Source: Desulfobacteraceae bacterium (lineage in GTDB: Bacteria; Desulfobacterota; DSM-4660; Desulfatiglandales; B25-G16). From it: a stretch of 50,796 bases of DNA. Shown piece by piece: positions 8,640 through 18,340 of this stretch (position 1 is the first letter of the stretch; each line of letters begins with the position of its first letter). The notes under the pieces are model-generated. The model was not told the DNA's origin, searched no databases, and was given only the letters and a program-made list of their open reading frames with translations. The position numbers and the translations under genes were made by a program. The stretch is taken from NCBI GenBank assembly GCA_030615105.1, contig JAUWZV010000002.1, positions 1 through 50,796 of the forward strand. The letters are read 5' to 3'.

Positions 8640-9170
8640 ATGAATTATGTATGCGTATCCGATGATGTCCAATTGGGTAAAAATGTCAAGCTCTCAAAAT
8701 TTATTAACCTTTACGGATGTAGTATTGGAGAAAACACCAAGATCGGAGCTTTTGTTGAGATTCAGAAGAATGCCAAGATTGGAAAAAATTGCAAAATTTC
8801 CAGCCATACCTTCATCTGTGAGGGAGTAACTATTGAAGACAATGTATTTATCGGTCACGATGTTACTTTTATCAATGATACATACCCACGTGCCGCAAAC
8901 CCTGAAGGTACTTTGCAAACAGAAAAAGATTGGAAAGTAGAACCAACAGTGGTTAAGAATGGAGCATCGATTGGTTCAGGTGCAACCATTCTAGCTAACA
9001 TAATCATAGGTGAAAAAGCCATCATCGGTGCAGGCAGTGTAGTGACCAAAGATTTACCAGTAGGGGCAATTGTTGCCGGTAATCCTGCAAAGATAATTAG
9101 AAAAATCAGGGAGGAAGAACATGAAAGTCCCGTTTCTGGACCTCAAAGCACAGTACGAATCCATACATGA
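8640..9170 (+). CDS. Left-handed beta-helix (hexapeptide) N-acetyltransferase, WbpD/WlbB-like
   Basis: Repeated hexapeptide pattern (IGENTKIGAFVEIQKNAKIGKNCKISSHTFI...GASIGSGATILANIIIGEKAIIGAGSVV). Its 3' end overlaps the next gene by 50 nt. Confidence 0.8.
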   Translation: MNYVCVSDDVQLGKNVKLSKFINLYGCSIGENTKIGAFVEIQKNAKIGKNCKISSHTFICEGVTIEDNVFIGHDVTFINDTYPRAANPEGTLQTEKDWKVEPTVVKNGASIGSGATILANIIIGEKAIIGAGSVVTKDLPVGAIVAGNPAKIIRKIREEEHESPVSGPQSTVRIHT

Positions 9171-10230
9171 TGGAATTACGGATGCGATACAGCAGGTTTT
9201 AGATAGTAGTGCCTTTGCCGGTGGACCGTTTGTTGACCGGTTTGAAAAGGAGTTTGCCTCATTCTGTCATTGTCAATACGGCATCGGTGTAGGTAGTGGG
9301 ACCGAAGCCCTCTGGCTGGCCCTTTTAGCCCACGGAATCGGCTGTGGAGATGAAGTCATTACTGTGCCTAGCACCTTCATTGCAACAATAGAAGCTATCA
9401 GTTTCTGTGGGGCCAAGCCAGTCTTTGTGGATATAGATGAGCAAACATATAATATGAACCCCGATTTACTTGAAAATACCATCACACCCCAAACCAAGGC
9501 CATCATACCCGTTCATCTATTCGGTCAGATGGCTGACATGGATCTCATCATGGAAATTGCCAAGGCGCGCGGATTGGTTGTTATTGAAGATGCGTGTCAA
9601 GCGCATGGGGCGCAATATAAAGGTAGGCGGGCGGGGTCAATCGGCGACGCAGGATGTTTCAGTTTTTATCCTGGAAAGAACCTAGGAGCTTATGGAGAAG
9701 CAGGTGCCGTGGTCACTAATAACCTTAATTTAGATAGAAACACTAGGATGTTGCGGGACCATGGACAGGCGAAGAAGTATTATCATGCGATGATCGGCTG
9801 GAATGCTCGCATGGACGGTTTGCAGGGTGCCGTCCTAGGTGTGAAACTCAAGCACCTTAATTCATGGAATGAAGCACGCAGGGAGAATGCAAAACTCTAT
9901 AATGAACTGCTGGCCGATTTAGACGGTACAGTCGTTCCCAGAGAAGCTGATTATGCAAAGCACGTTTATCACATTTACGCCATTCGCGTTCAAAATCGTG
10001 ATGGTCTAATTAAGGCTTTATTGGAAAAAGACATCCACTGTGGTATTCACTACCCGTTACCTTTGTATCTTCAAGAGGCTTATCATTTTATGGGCCTGGG
10101 AAAGGGAAGTTTTCCAGTAGCTGAAAAGTGCGCCGAAGAATTGGTCTCACTGCCAATGTTTCCGGAACTCAGCAAAGAACAAATAGAATACGTTGTGACC
10201 AAAATTAAACATTTTTTAGGCAATCAGTAG
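9121..10230 (+). CDS. DegT/DnrJ/EryC1/StrS-family PLP aminotransferase (WbpE/WlbC-like)
   Basis: MKVPFLDLKAQYESI start, IEDACQAHGA, and the lysine motif CFSFYPGKNLGAYGEAG. Confidence 0.9.
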   Translation: MKVPFLDLKAQYESIHDGITDAIQQVLDSSAFAGGPFVDRFEKEFASFCHCQYGIGVGSGTEALWLALLAHGIGCGDEVITVPSTFIATIEAISFCGAKPVFVDIDEQTYNMNPDLLENTITPQTKAIIPVHLFGQMADMDLIMEIAKARGLVVIEDACQAHGAQYKGRRAGSIGDAGCFSFYPGKNLGAYGEAGAVVTNNLNLDRNTRMLRDHGQAKKYYHAMIGWNARMDGLQGAVLGVKLKHLNSWNEARRENAKLYNELLADLDGTVVPREADYAKHVYHIYAIRVQNRDGLIKALLEKDIHCGIHYPLPLYLQEAYHFMGLGKGSFPVAEKCAEELVSLPMFPELSKEQIEYVVTKIKHFLGNQ

Positions 10231-10233
10231 CGC

Positions 10234-10977
10234 ATGCATTCTCCATCATTTAGTCCTCCGCCTTTGGACTTAGCCTTGAGGCCTGACGAAATCCATGTCT
10301 GGTGTGCTTCCTTGGATCAACAGGTATCACGATTTCAGATGCTATCACAAACACTCTCTCTGGACGAACACCTCAGAGCTGAACGGTTTCATTTTGAAAA
10401 AGACATAGAACATTTTATCGTTAGCCGTGGAATACTAAGAATGATTTTGGGATGTTACTTAAATATTGAGCCAAATCAGTTGCAATTCTGTTATGGAAAG
10501 AATGGAAAACCTGCGCTCGTTGATACATTTGGCAGCGGAATCGTTCATTTCAATCTATCTTGCTCAGACGGGTTAGGCCTTTATGCTTTCACCCAAGACC
10601 ATGAAATAGGTGTGGACATCGAACGCATCCGCGACATTCCCGAGATGGATCAGATAGCTAAGCAATTTTTTTCTATAAATGAAAATGATGTCTTTGTTTC
10701 ACTCCCTGAAAACAGAAAGAAGGAAACTTTTTTTAAGTTCTGGACCTGCAAGGAGGCCTTTATAAAGGCAACAGGAGACGGTTTGTCTCGGCCCTTGGAC
10801 AAGTTTGACGTATCCCTGGTCCAAGGTGAACCAGCTAAGCTACTAAGAATAGAAGGAGATTCAAAGGAAGTACCTTATTGGTCCATTCAGGAGTTGAAAC
10901 CGGCCTTCGGATTCGCGGCTGCTTTAGCTATAGAGGAGCAAGGCTGGTGCTTTCATTGTTGGCAATGGTTGGGATAG
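10234..10977 (+). CDS. Sfp-type 4'-phosphopantetheinyl transferase
   Basis: GKNGKPAL, GVDIERIR and FWTCKEAFIKATGDGLS motifs. It starts 3 nt after the aminotransferase stop. Confidence 0.85.
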   Translation: MHSPSFSPPPLDLALRPDEIHVWCASLDQQVSRFQMLSQTLSLDEHLRAERFHFEKDIEHFIVSRGILRMILGCYLNIEPNQLQFCYGKNGKPALVDTFGSGIVHFNLSCSDGLGLYAFTQDHEIGVDIERIRDIPEMDQIAKQFFSINENDVFVSLPENRKKETFFKFWTCKEAFIKATGDGLSRPLDKFDVSLVQGEPAKLLRIEGDSKEVPYWSIQELKPAFGFAAALAIEEQGWCFHCWQWLG

Positions 10978-11225
10978 ATAGTTATTATCGAATAAACTTA
11001 GGGCAGTAAAATATCAAACTTGGATTTTTCTGATACCCCATATTTTTTGTGCTGCGCGGAGGGTCGATATGAAAATACACCTCTCAGAATCGACTATTTT
11101 TCAGGAAGATCGACTGCCTCTGCTTCTTACCAAGGCTTTGATTTCCTCGTTCCGAATTTCACGGTTTGAAATCTGTTTCCCAACTTTTTGCTCCTTTATC
11201 TTGGTGCCGGGTTGATAGCATTTTA

Positions 11226-12437
11226 ATGATTAGAAGAAACCTTTTAAAATTACTTGCCATATTAGGACTCGGTTCTGTGGCGATCTTTTCTATAGAATCA
11301 TCGTTCATGAGACGGATCATTTATAAAATCGAAGACCTATTTAAGCCAATGGCTAAACTGCCGCCCGATAGCGAGAGGGAAGAAATTAATCTCTTAAGTG
11401 AAGGCTATACTGCTTCAGTTGAAATGACATTGAATTCGAGGTGCACAAGCGATTACGATGAAAATCCTAAAAAGTTCCATTGGGGCATGTTTGATAGAAC
11501 AAAGAAGCTTTCTGATGCACAAATAGAAAAAATAGTTCATCAAGCCAAAATACCTCGTTTTACTGGTGGGAAGGTGGAAATTCGACCTAAGCGTAATGTG
11601 CTGAATTTTGTAATCGACAATCATGCTTCGGGACTCCTAAGAGACTGGATGATGGTCGAAAGTGGCATGCAGCAGCAAGCGATAGGGTTAATTTGCGCAG
11701 CTAGGGGCGTTGGTATGGTCTTCAGGAGTCTCGGCCATGATGGGACCATTATCTCAGATACGGACTATGCAACCATAAAGATTAAATTGGATGCTATGAA
11801 GCCGACCTATGAGGGGTCGTTTTGGAGCAGTTCTCCTCCCATGGTCACAAAGCCCTGGTTGAGAGGGAATTTGCCAGAGCCTGTTAGAGATGGGAATAAG
11901 CCACTGATATCTGTTTTAGAAAACCTGAAGATCGAAAATAGGGGAGGCAAGAGATCAACGGATGAGTCAGTGAGCCAACTTCTTTGGGCTGCCAGGGGAA
12001 GAACTCCTCATTTTTATAAATCAAGGCCATGGGGTATGACGATACCTACATGTCGAGGTGAACAGAATATTTCAAACGTCTACCTGATCTCGGATTATAA
12101 ATTGTTTAGATATATAAATTGGCATAGAAATAGGCCAACGCATTCATTGAAGGTGCAGGGTGAAATAGAAATCGATTCCCAGAACGAACTGACAAAATTA
12201 TTTCCATTAGGTAACTGTTTTATTGTTATGGGGAAGAATGACAATTTTGCGAGAGCCCTTTGGGAAGTTGGGTATCAGCTACTGAACCTAATGCTGCAAG
12301 CACAAGCTTTGGATTTAGCTTTTAAAGCAATCCTGTTGGATGAAAATCAAAAAAAAACATTTCGAACTATAGGCATTATGGATCCTGTAGCTGCTTTGTT
12401 ATTGAAGCGCAAAAGTGGGCATCTTGAAATCCTCTAG
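11226..12437 (+). CDS. Tat-signal protein with SagB/ThcOx-like nitroreductase-fold C-terminal half
   Basis: The ATG at 11226 gives MIRRNLLKLLAILGLGSVAIFS, a twin-arginine-type signal. Later, VSQLLWAARGRTPHFYKSRPWGMTIPTCRGEQNISNVYLISDYKLFRY resembles the LLWAA.G...R..PS.G....Y pattern of SagB-type dehydrogenases. The track start at 11166 is a TTG. Confidence 0.55.
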   Translation: MIRRNLLKLLAILGLGSVAIFSIESSFMRRIIYKIEDLFKPMAKLPPDSEREEINLLSEGYTASVEMTLNSRCTSDYDENPKKFHWGMFDRTKKLSDAQIEKIVHQAKIPRFTGGKVEIRPKRNVLNFVIDNHASGLLRDWMMVESGMQQQAIGLICAARGVGMVFRSLGHDGTIISDTDYATIKIKLDAMKPTYEGSFWSSSPPMVTKPWLRGNLPEPVRDGNKPLISVLENLKIENRGGKRSTDESVSQLLWAARGRTPHFYKSRPWGMTIPTCRGEQNISNVYLISDYKLFRYINWHRNRPTHSLKVQGEIEIDSQNELTKLFPLGNCFIVMGKNDNFARALWEVGYQLLNLMLQAQALDLAFKAILLDENQKKTFRTIGIMDPVAALLLKRKSGHLEIL

Positions 12438-12466
12438 AGAAATATTAATCGTTGTTTTATAGCAAT

Positions 12467-14431
12467 ATGCCAGAAGTTTCTATGGACAAAATGATTATTC
12501 ACAGGGTGTTCGAAAATATAGTAGAACGATTCCCTAAAAATATAGCTGCCGAAGACAGTGCACGATGCGTGACGTATCAGGAACTGAATGCATACGCAAA
12601 CCGCATTGCAGATGCCATAGACGAGCTTAATGTTAACGCCAAAAGCATCGTAGGCATCTACTTCGAGGCGTCCATTGAGTATATCGCGGTTGTGCTCGGA
12701 GTGTTGAAGGCTGGGGCCATTTTTATGCCACTGAGCCCACGGTTCCCAGATAAACGCCTTATCTCTATCCTGAACAACACGGAACCCAACATTTTCATCA
12801 CGGGCGCACATCTGGAGAATGAATTGACTCTAAAGTTGAAAAATCCCGGCCTTTCTCTCTGCGCAAAGCACATGCTTGTGCTCAAGGATAGGAGCACATT
12901 TAGGGTGAAGGTTTTGCCCAGCGGCACTTCCGTGGCCAATGAGCACAATATGACTGATGAAAATCTGCCTCTTAGGACAGAACCGGACGATGGGTGCTAC
13001 ATTGTCACCACCTCCGCTTCCACAGGGGAACCGAAAGCAATCCTCGGTTGTCAGAAGGGACTAACCCACTTTATCCGCTGGGAAATCGACGAATTCGGTC
13101 TGAATAATGGTGTGCGGGTGAGCCTGCTTTCTCCTGTGACCTTCGACGTGAGCCTGCGGGATATCTTCATACCACTGATTGCAGGGGGAACGCTCTGTAT
13201 ACCAGATGAGGAAACGAGGCACCATCCGGGGAAACTGTTCAAGTGGATGCAGGACAGCGATATCACACTTACGCACATCGTCCCAACTCTTTTTCGCTTA
13301 GTTACGAGGGAAATTAAGGACTTGGGCGGCAGTGAGGACGCATTGCCAAATCTGGAATACGTCCTGATCGCTGGGGAGGCATTGTATGGGAGCGATGTTA
13401 TCAAGTGGCGGCAAGCCACTGGAAATCGCGTTGAACTCGTCAATATTTATGGGCCCTCTGAGACGACGCTTGCGAAGTTATTTTTCCGAATAAGAGATGA
13501 AGAGTTTGTTCCGCACGAGATTGTGCCTATTGGCAAGCCAATCCCGAATACTGAGATATTGCTTTTTAGAAATGGCCAACTCTGCGCTGCAGGTGAAACC
13601 GGGGAGATTTACATCAAGACCCCTTTCATGAGCAAAGGCTATTACAAGGCCCCGAAATTAAATAGAATGTCCTTTGTGCAAAATCCGCTTGTGACGGACC
13701 GGAAAGATATTATCTATAAGACTGGTGACCAGGGGAAATTGATGCCTGGCGGGAACCTGCGGTTCGAAGGCAGGCTCGATGGGCAGATCAAGCTTTACGG
13801 CAATCGCGTTGAGATCGGTGAGATCGAAGTCCTTCTCAGGCAACACCCCCAAGTGCGGGAAGCGGCTGTTGCCGCGAGAGAGGATGCCTTTGGAAACAAG
13901 CGGCTTGTCGGGTATGTAGTGCCTGAACAGGGGGAGAAACTTACAGTGGACTCTCTTCGTAGATTCATAGGGGATAAATTACCCGACTACATGGTACCTG
14001 CCGTGTATGTAACCTTGAAAGCGCTACCCTTAACACACAATGAAAAGATTGATAGAAGAGCGCTTCCTGAACCTGATCAAGCGCGACCTGAAATGGAGCA
14101 GCCTTATGTCTCTCCTTCCACTGTTTTGGAGAGAGCTTTATCCGGTATTTGGTGCTATGTTTTAGGCCTTGAACGGGTTGGCGTTCACGATAACTTCTTC
14201 GATCTCGGTGGGACCTCGATTTTAGCCGCAAAGCTGACTATGTTGCTGGAGAAGGAGCTTGGGATCGAACTGCCTATCGTCAAACTATATCAATATGCAA
14301 ATATAGGCTTTTTGGCGGAGTACTTGAGTCAAGGGCAGAGTTATCAGCCATCCTACGAAAAAGTCCAGGATAGGGCGGAGCGGCGGAGGGCTGCTTTTTC
14401 ACGTCGAAAACGGTCAACAATGAGAAGGTGA
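12467..14431 (+). CDS. NRPS loading protein: adenylation domain + peptidyl carrier protein (A-PCP), no condensation domain
   Basis: A-domain cores: TSASTGEPK (A3), FDVSLRDIF (A4, with the Asp typical of alpha-amino acid substrates), NIYGPSETT (A5), YKTGDQGK...GRLDGQIKLYGNRVEIGEIE (A7/A8) and PLTHNEKIDRRAL (A10). The PCP motif is FFDLGGTSILAAKL. The start is ambiguous (TTG 12452; ATG 12467, 12482 or 12491). Confidence 0.85.
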   Translation: MPEVSMDKMIIHRVFENIVERFPKNIAAEDSARCVTYQELNAYANRIADAIDELNVNAKSIVGIYFEASIEYIAVVLGVLKAGAIFMPLSPRFPDKRLISILNNTEPNIFITGAHLENELTLKLKNPGLSLCAKHMLVLKDRSTFRVKVLPSGTSVANEHNMTDENLPLRTEPDDGCYIVTTSASTGEPKAILGCQKGLTHFIRWEIDEFGLNNGVRVSLLSPVTFDVSLRDIFIPLIAGGTLCIPDEETRHHPGKLFKWMQDSDITLTHIVPTLFRLVTREIKDLGGSEDALPNLEYVLIAGEALYGSDVIKWRQATGNRVELVNIYGPSETTLAKLFFRIRDEEFVPHEIVPIGKPIPNTEILLFRNGQLCAAGETGEIYIKTPFMSKGYYKAPKLNRMSFVQNPLVTDRKDIIYKTGDQGKLMPGGNLRFEGRLDGQIKLYGNRVEIGEIEVLLRQHPQVREAAVAAREDAFGNKRLVGYVVPEQGEKLTVDSLRRFIGDKLPDYMVPAVYVTLKALPLTHNEKIDRRALPEPDQARPEMEQPYVSPSTVLERALSGIWCYVLGLERVGVHDNFFDLGGTSILAAKLTMLLEKELGIELPIVKLYQYANIGFLAEYLSQGQSYQPSYEKVQDRAERRRAAFSRRKRSTMRR

Positions 14432-14434
14432 CAT

Positions 14435-17400
14435 ATGATTAATTCTCAGAGTAGTGAAGAGCTAGGGGGTGTTGTAATCATCGGTATGGCTGGCCGCTTC
14501 CCCGGCGCAGCCAATGTCGACGATTTGTGGAAGAATTTATGTAAGGGTGTAGAATCGATTACGTTTTTTAATGATGACGAGTTGGACCCAAGCATTGACA
14601 CCATCCTTAGGAACAATGTCAACTACGTCAAGGCCAGGGGAATTCTCAAGGATGTTGACAAGTTCGATGCGGCATTCTTCGGTATAAGTCCCCGAGAGGC
14701 CGAAATTATGGACCCACAGCAGCGCATTTTTCTGGAAGTTGCGTTTCAGGCTCTTGAGAACGCAGGTTATAATCCGGATTCCTTTGATGGCTTGATTGGA
14801 GTATATGGCGGTACAGGTGTCAATACATATTTTGCCAGAAACGTCTCCGCACATCGAAACCTGATCGAGACATTCGGTGAACATCAGACGAACATAGCAA
14901 ATGCACCGGATTATTTGGCCCCCCGCGTTTCATATAAGCTGAATCTTAGAGGCCCGAGCGTGAGTATGTACACAGGATGCTCTCTGTCGTTGGTGGCCGT
15001 CTGCCATGGCTTCGACAGCTTGATGAGCTACCAATGTGATATGGCATTAGCTGGTGGAGTTTTTATTGAGTGTCCCCAGAATAGCGGATATTTATACCAA
15101 GAAGGTGAAATATTTTCTGCTGACGGACATTGCCGGCCTTTTGATGCACGGGCTCAAGGTACCGTGTTTAGTAATGGTGCTGGCATTGTTGTGCTCAAAC
15201 GTCTTGAGGATGCTCTAGAAGACGGGGACTGCATCTACGGGGTGATTCGAGGAACCGGACTTAATAACGATGGTTTCAAGAAGATGAGTTTTACGGCGCC
15301 CAGCGTCGATGGCCAGGCTGAAGTAATAGCAATTGCCCATGCAAATGCAGACGTAAACCCCGAAACGATTTCCTATGTTGAGACTCACGGTACAGGGACG
15401 CCAGTGGGAGATCCTATTGAAATTGCTGCTTTGACACAAGCGTTTCGCGCAAAAAGCTCAGCGAAGAATTTCTGCGCGATTGGCTCCATCAAGAGTAACA
15501 TTGGGCACCTGGATGCGGCTGCTGGAATTGTAGGGCTCATCAAAACCACTCTGATGCTTCATAACAAGGTACTCCCCCCAAGCTTGCACTTTGAAGAACA
15601 CAATCCAAAAATCGATTTTACAAACAGTCCGTTCTACATGAATACCAAGCTGTCGGAATGGGAAACCGATGGGGCACCTCGACGAGCCGGGGTTAGTTCG
15701 TTTGGGGTCGGCGGAACCAACGCACATCTAGTGCTCGAAGAAGCTCCTGTTATCGCAGCATCTGATCCTTCCAGGCCCTGGGTATTATTACCTCTCTCGG
15801 CTAAGACGAGTAGAGCCTTAGGCTTAGCGGCGATAAATCTTGTTAATCACTTAAAGCAGCACCCACATTTGAACCTTTCAGATGTTGCTTACACCCTTCA
15901 AATTGGACGGAAGGCCTTTAATCATCGAATGATTGCTGTCTGTAAGGATCTCCAAGATGCTGTGAACAATTTGGAAACACAAGATTCACAACAGGTAATT
16001 ACATCCACTCTAGAGACCACCACTCGAGACATTGTGTTCATTTTTTCTGGTCAGGGTTCACAGTACGTAAACATGGGGTTGGAACTTTATAGAACTGAAA
16101 CAATATTTGGAGAACAAGTAGATCTCTGTTCAGAAATTCTTAGGCCTCATCTTTTACTTGATTTACGGGATATCCTATATCCAGACAAGAAAAATGTCGA
16201 AGAAGCAGCACAAAAGCTGAAAGAAACATTCATTACCCAACCCGCATTGTTTGTAATTGAATATGCCCTAGCAAAACTATGGATGGCATGGGGAGTGCAT
16301 CCGTTTGCTTTAGTAGGTCATAGCATCGGTGAGTACGTAGCCGCTTGCCTGGCAGGGGTATTTTCCCTTGAAGATGCCCTATCAGTTGTATCCACACGCG
16401 GCCGACTCATACAGGAACTCCCCGCTGGTTCTATGCTGGCGGTTTTTCTTTCGGAAGAGAGTATTCAGCCATTCTTAAATGAAAAGATTTCTCTGGCGGT
16501 TATAAACGGTCCTTCTCTTTGTGTCGTTTCCGGTGAAAAAGAGGCTATTGAAGGTTTGGAAAAAGAGCTTTCTGTTAGGAATGTGGATTGTCGGCGTCTG
16601 CATACGTCTCATGCATTTCATTCAAAAATGATGGAACCGGTTCTAGAGGAATTTACTGAAAAGGTAAAAGAACTTAGACTGAATCCTCCACAGATTCCCT
16701 TTGTTTCAAATGTCACTGGTACGTGGGCTACTGCGGATGAAGCAACGAACCCGAGTTATTGGGCCACCCATCTGCGCCAAACAGTTCGCTTCTCAGACTG
16801 TCTAGAAGAGTTGTTGAAAGAACAAAACAGGGTTCTTTTGGAGGTTGGACCGGGACAGACAGCTAGCACGTTGACAGACCAGCATCCAAATAGGAAAAGG
16901 AGACAAATTATTCTTTCTTCGACTCGCCATCCGAATCAACAAAAATCGGATGTTGGTTTTATCTTGAACACCCTTGGCCGACTCTGGCTTGCTGGCATTC
17001 AGGTGGATTGGTCTGGATTTTATGCAGATGAGAATCGTCATCGCCTCCCATTGCCTAATTACCCATTTGAGCGCAAGCGTTATTGGATTGACACAGGAAA
17101 ACAAATATTCACTAGTGTTTCCACGGCGTCAAAATCACACGAAGAACTTGAGAAGAGCCCTGTCGGGGATCAAACGCAGTCAGTGCAGAAAATTGAAAAT
17201 AAATGTGACTACAGTTTTACTGATGATATCGAAAAAACTGTTGCCAATATCTGGGAAGAATTACTTGGTATTGATGAGGTGGGAATTCAAGATGATTTCT
17301 TTGAGTTGGGTGGAAGTTCTATAATAGCCGTTCGTTTGTTTGCTCAGATCGAGAAAATATTTGGTAAGAGACTTCCCTTATCCACCCTTTACGAAGCGCC

Positions 17401-18301
17401 AACTGTCAAGCAACTGTCTGCTCTCCTTCGCAGAAAGGAATGGGAAGCACCTTGGGACTCTTTGGTAGATATTCAGTCTGGTGGCTCTAAACCGGCATTT
17501 TTCTGTATACATGGGGCAGGTGGCAACATACTAATTTATCGTGATCTCGCGCGTCATCTTGGCCCTGATCAGCCAGTTTATGGCTTGCAATCACAGGGAC
17601 TGGATGGAAAACAGACTCTACATACCTCCATCGAGGACATGGCTGCTCATTACGTCAAAGAAATAAAAGTCGTACAGCCTGATGGCCCTTATCTTCTCGG
17701 GGGATATTGCATGGGCGGTACAGTGGCTTTGGAGATAGCCCAGCAACTCTATGCGAGAGGTGAGAAGGTAGCACTGTTGGCCTTATTAGAAACCTACAAT
17801 TTTTCAAATAATCCACCTCAGTCATTGCTTGAAAGTTTTTACTATAATATGCAAAAGATCGAATTTCATTGGCGTAACTTCTTGCTTCTGGAATCAAAAG
17901 AGAAATTCACATTCATTAACGAAAAGCTGAAGGCTGTCAAAGGAAGAAGGAAAGTGTGGTTGGGCATGATAACATCAAAACTAGGCAACATTTTTCACAA
18001 TGCTAATGGACAGTCTTCAATTCTATCAGAGATTTGGCAGATCAACGACGATGCCTCACTCACTTATGTACCGAAGCCCTACCCAGGGCCAATTACCCAA
18101 TTTGTGCCAGTTAAAGAATACGCCCGCCATGAAGGCCCGGGACTCGGGTGGCATGACCTGGCTCGTGGGGGTCTGGAAATACACCAATTACCTGTCTATC
18201 CTGCAGGAATGCTTGTAGAGCCATTTGTTCATATCTTGGCAGGGAAATTAAAGGGTTGTATCCAAAAGGCATTGGAAAATGACTCTACCAATAAAATATA
18301 A
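14435..18301 (+). CDS. Type I PKS module KS-AT-carrier protein-thioesterase (no KR/DH/ER)
   Basis: The KS has Cys (TGCSLS, codon at 14978-14980) and both His motifs (ETHGTGT, KSNIGH). The AT has GHSIGE (Ser codon 16322-16324) and HAFHS (the malonyl-type motif). The carrier motif is FFELGGSSIIAVRLF. The TE region is FFCIHGAGG...LGGYCMGG. It starts 3 nt after the A-PCP stop, with an RBS (gagaaggtga). Confidence 0.9.
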   Translation: MINSQSSEELGGVVIIGMAGRFPGAANVDDLWKNLCKGVESITFFNDDELDPSIDTILRNNVNYVKARGILKDVDKFDAAFFGISPREAEIMDPQQRIFLEVAFQALENAGYNPDSFDGLIGVYGGTGVNTYFARNVSAHRNLIETFGEHQTNIANAPDYLAPRVSYKLNLRGPSVSMYTGCSLSLVAVCHGFDSLMSYQCDMALAGGVFIECPQNSGYLYQEGEIFSADGHCRPFDARAQGTVFSNGAGIVVLKRLEDALEDGDCIYGVIRGTGLNNDGFKKMSFTAPSVDGQAEVIAIAHANADVNPETISYVETHGTGTPVGDPIEIAALTQAFRAKSSAKNFCAIGSIKSNIGHLDAAAGIVGLIKTTLMLHNKVLPPSLHFEEHNPKIDFTNSPFYMNTKLSEWETDGAPRRAGVSSFGVGGTNAHLVLEEAPVIAASDPSRPWVLLPLSAKTSRALGLAAINLVNHLKQHPHLNLSDVAYTLQIGRKAFNHRMIAVCKDLQDAVNNLETQDSQQVITSTLETTTRDIVFIFSGQGSQYVNMGLELYRTETIFGEQVDLCSEILRPHLLLDLRDILYPDKKNVEEAAQKLKETFITQPALFVIEYALAKLWMAWGVHPFALVGHSIGEYVAACLAGVFSLEDALSVVSTRGRLIQELPAGSMLAVFLSEESIQPFLNEKISLAVINGPSLCVVSGEKEAIEGLEKELSVRNVDCRRLHTSHAFHSKMMEPVLEEFTEKVKELRLNPPQIPFVSNVTGTWATADEATNPSYWATHLRQTVRFSDCLEELLKEQNRVLLEVGPGQTASTLTDQHPNRKRRQIILSSTRHPNQQKSDVGFILNTLGRLWLAGIQVDWSGFYADENRHRLPLPNYPFERKRYWIDTGKQIFTSVSTASKSHEELEKSPVGDQTQSVQKIENKCDYSFTDDIEKTVANIWEELLGIDEVGIQDDFFELGGSSIIAVRLFAQIEKIFGKRLPLSTLYEAPTVKQLSALLRRKEWEAPWDSLVDIQSGGSKPAFFCIHGAGGNILIYRDLARHLGPDQPVYGLQSQGLDGKQTLHTSIEDMAAHYVKEIKVVQPDGPYLLGGYCMGGTVALEIAQQLYARGEKVALLALLETYNFSNNPPQSLLESFYYNMQKIEFHWRNFLLLESKEKFTFINEKLKAVKGRRKVWLGMITSKLGNIFHNANGQSSILSEIWQINDDASLTYVPKPYPGPITQFVPVKEYARHEGPGLGWHDLARGGLEIHQLPVYPAGMLVEPFVHILAGKLKGCIQKALENDSTNKI

Positions 18302-18340
18302 GTTGCGGTTTATCATCCCACTATCTAAAGGAAATCAACG

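Noticed and set aside
9121-9170. The 50-nt overlap between the acetyltransferase and aminotransferase genes as a sign of a frameshift or mis-assembly
   Set aside because: Both proteins look complete on their own. The hexapeptide domain ends before the overlap, and the aminotransferase has a canonical MKVPFLDL start. The overlap is plausible, though the acetyltransferase tail could be non-functional read-through.
11069-11215. Roughly 49-codon ORF (MKIHLSESTIFQEDRL...) in the spacer before the Tat-signal protein
   Set aside because: It has no RBS or motif, and it overlaps the alternative TTG start region. There is not enough support to call a gene.
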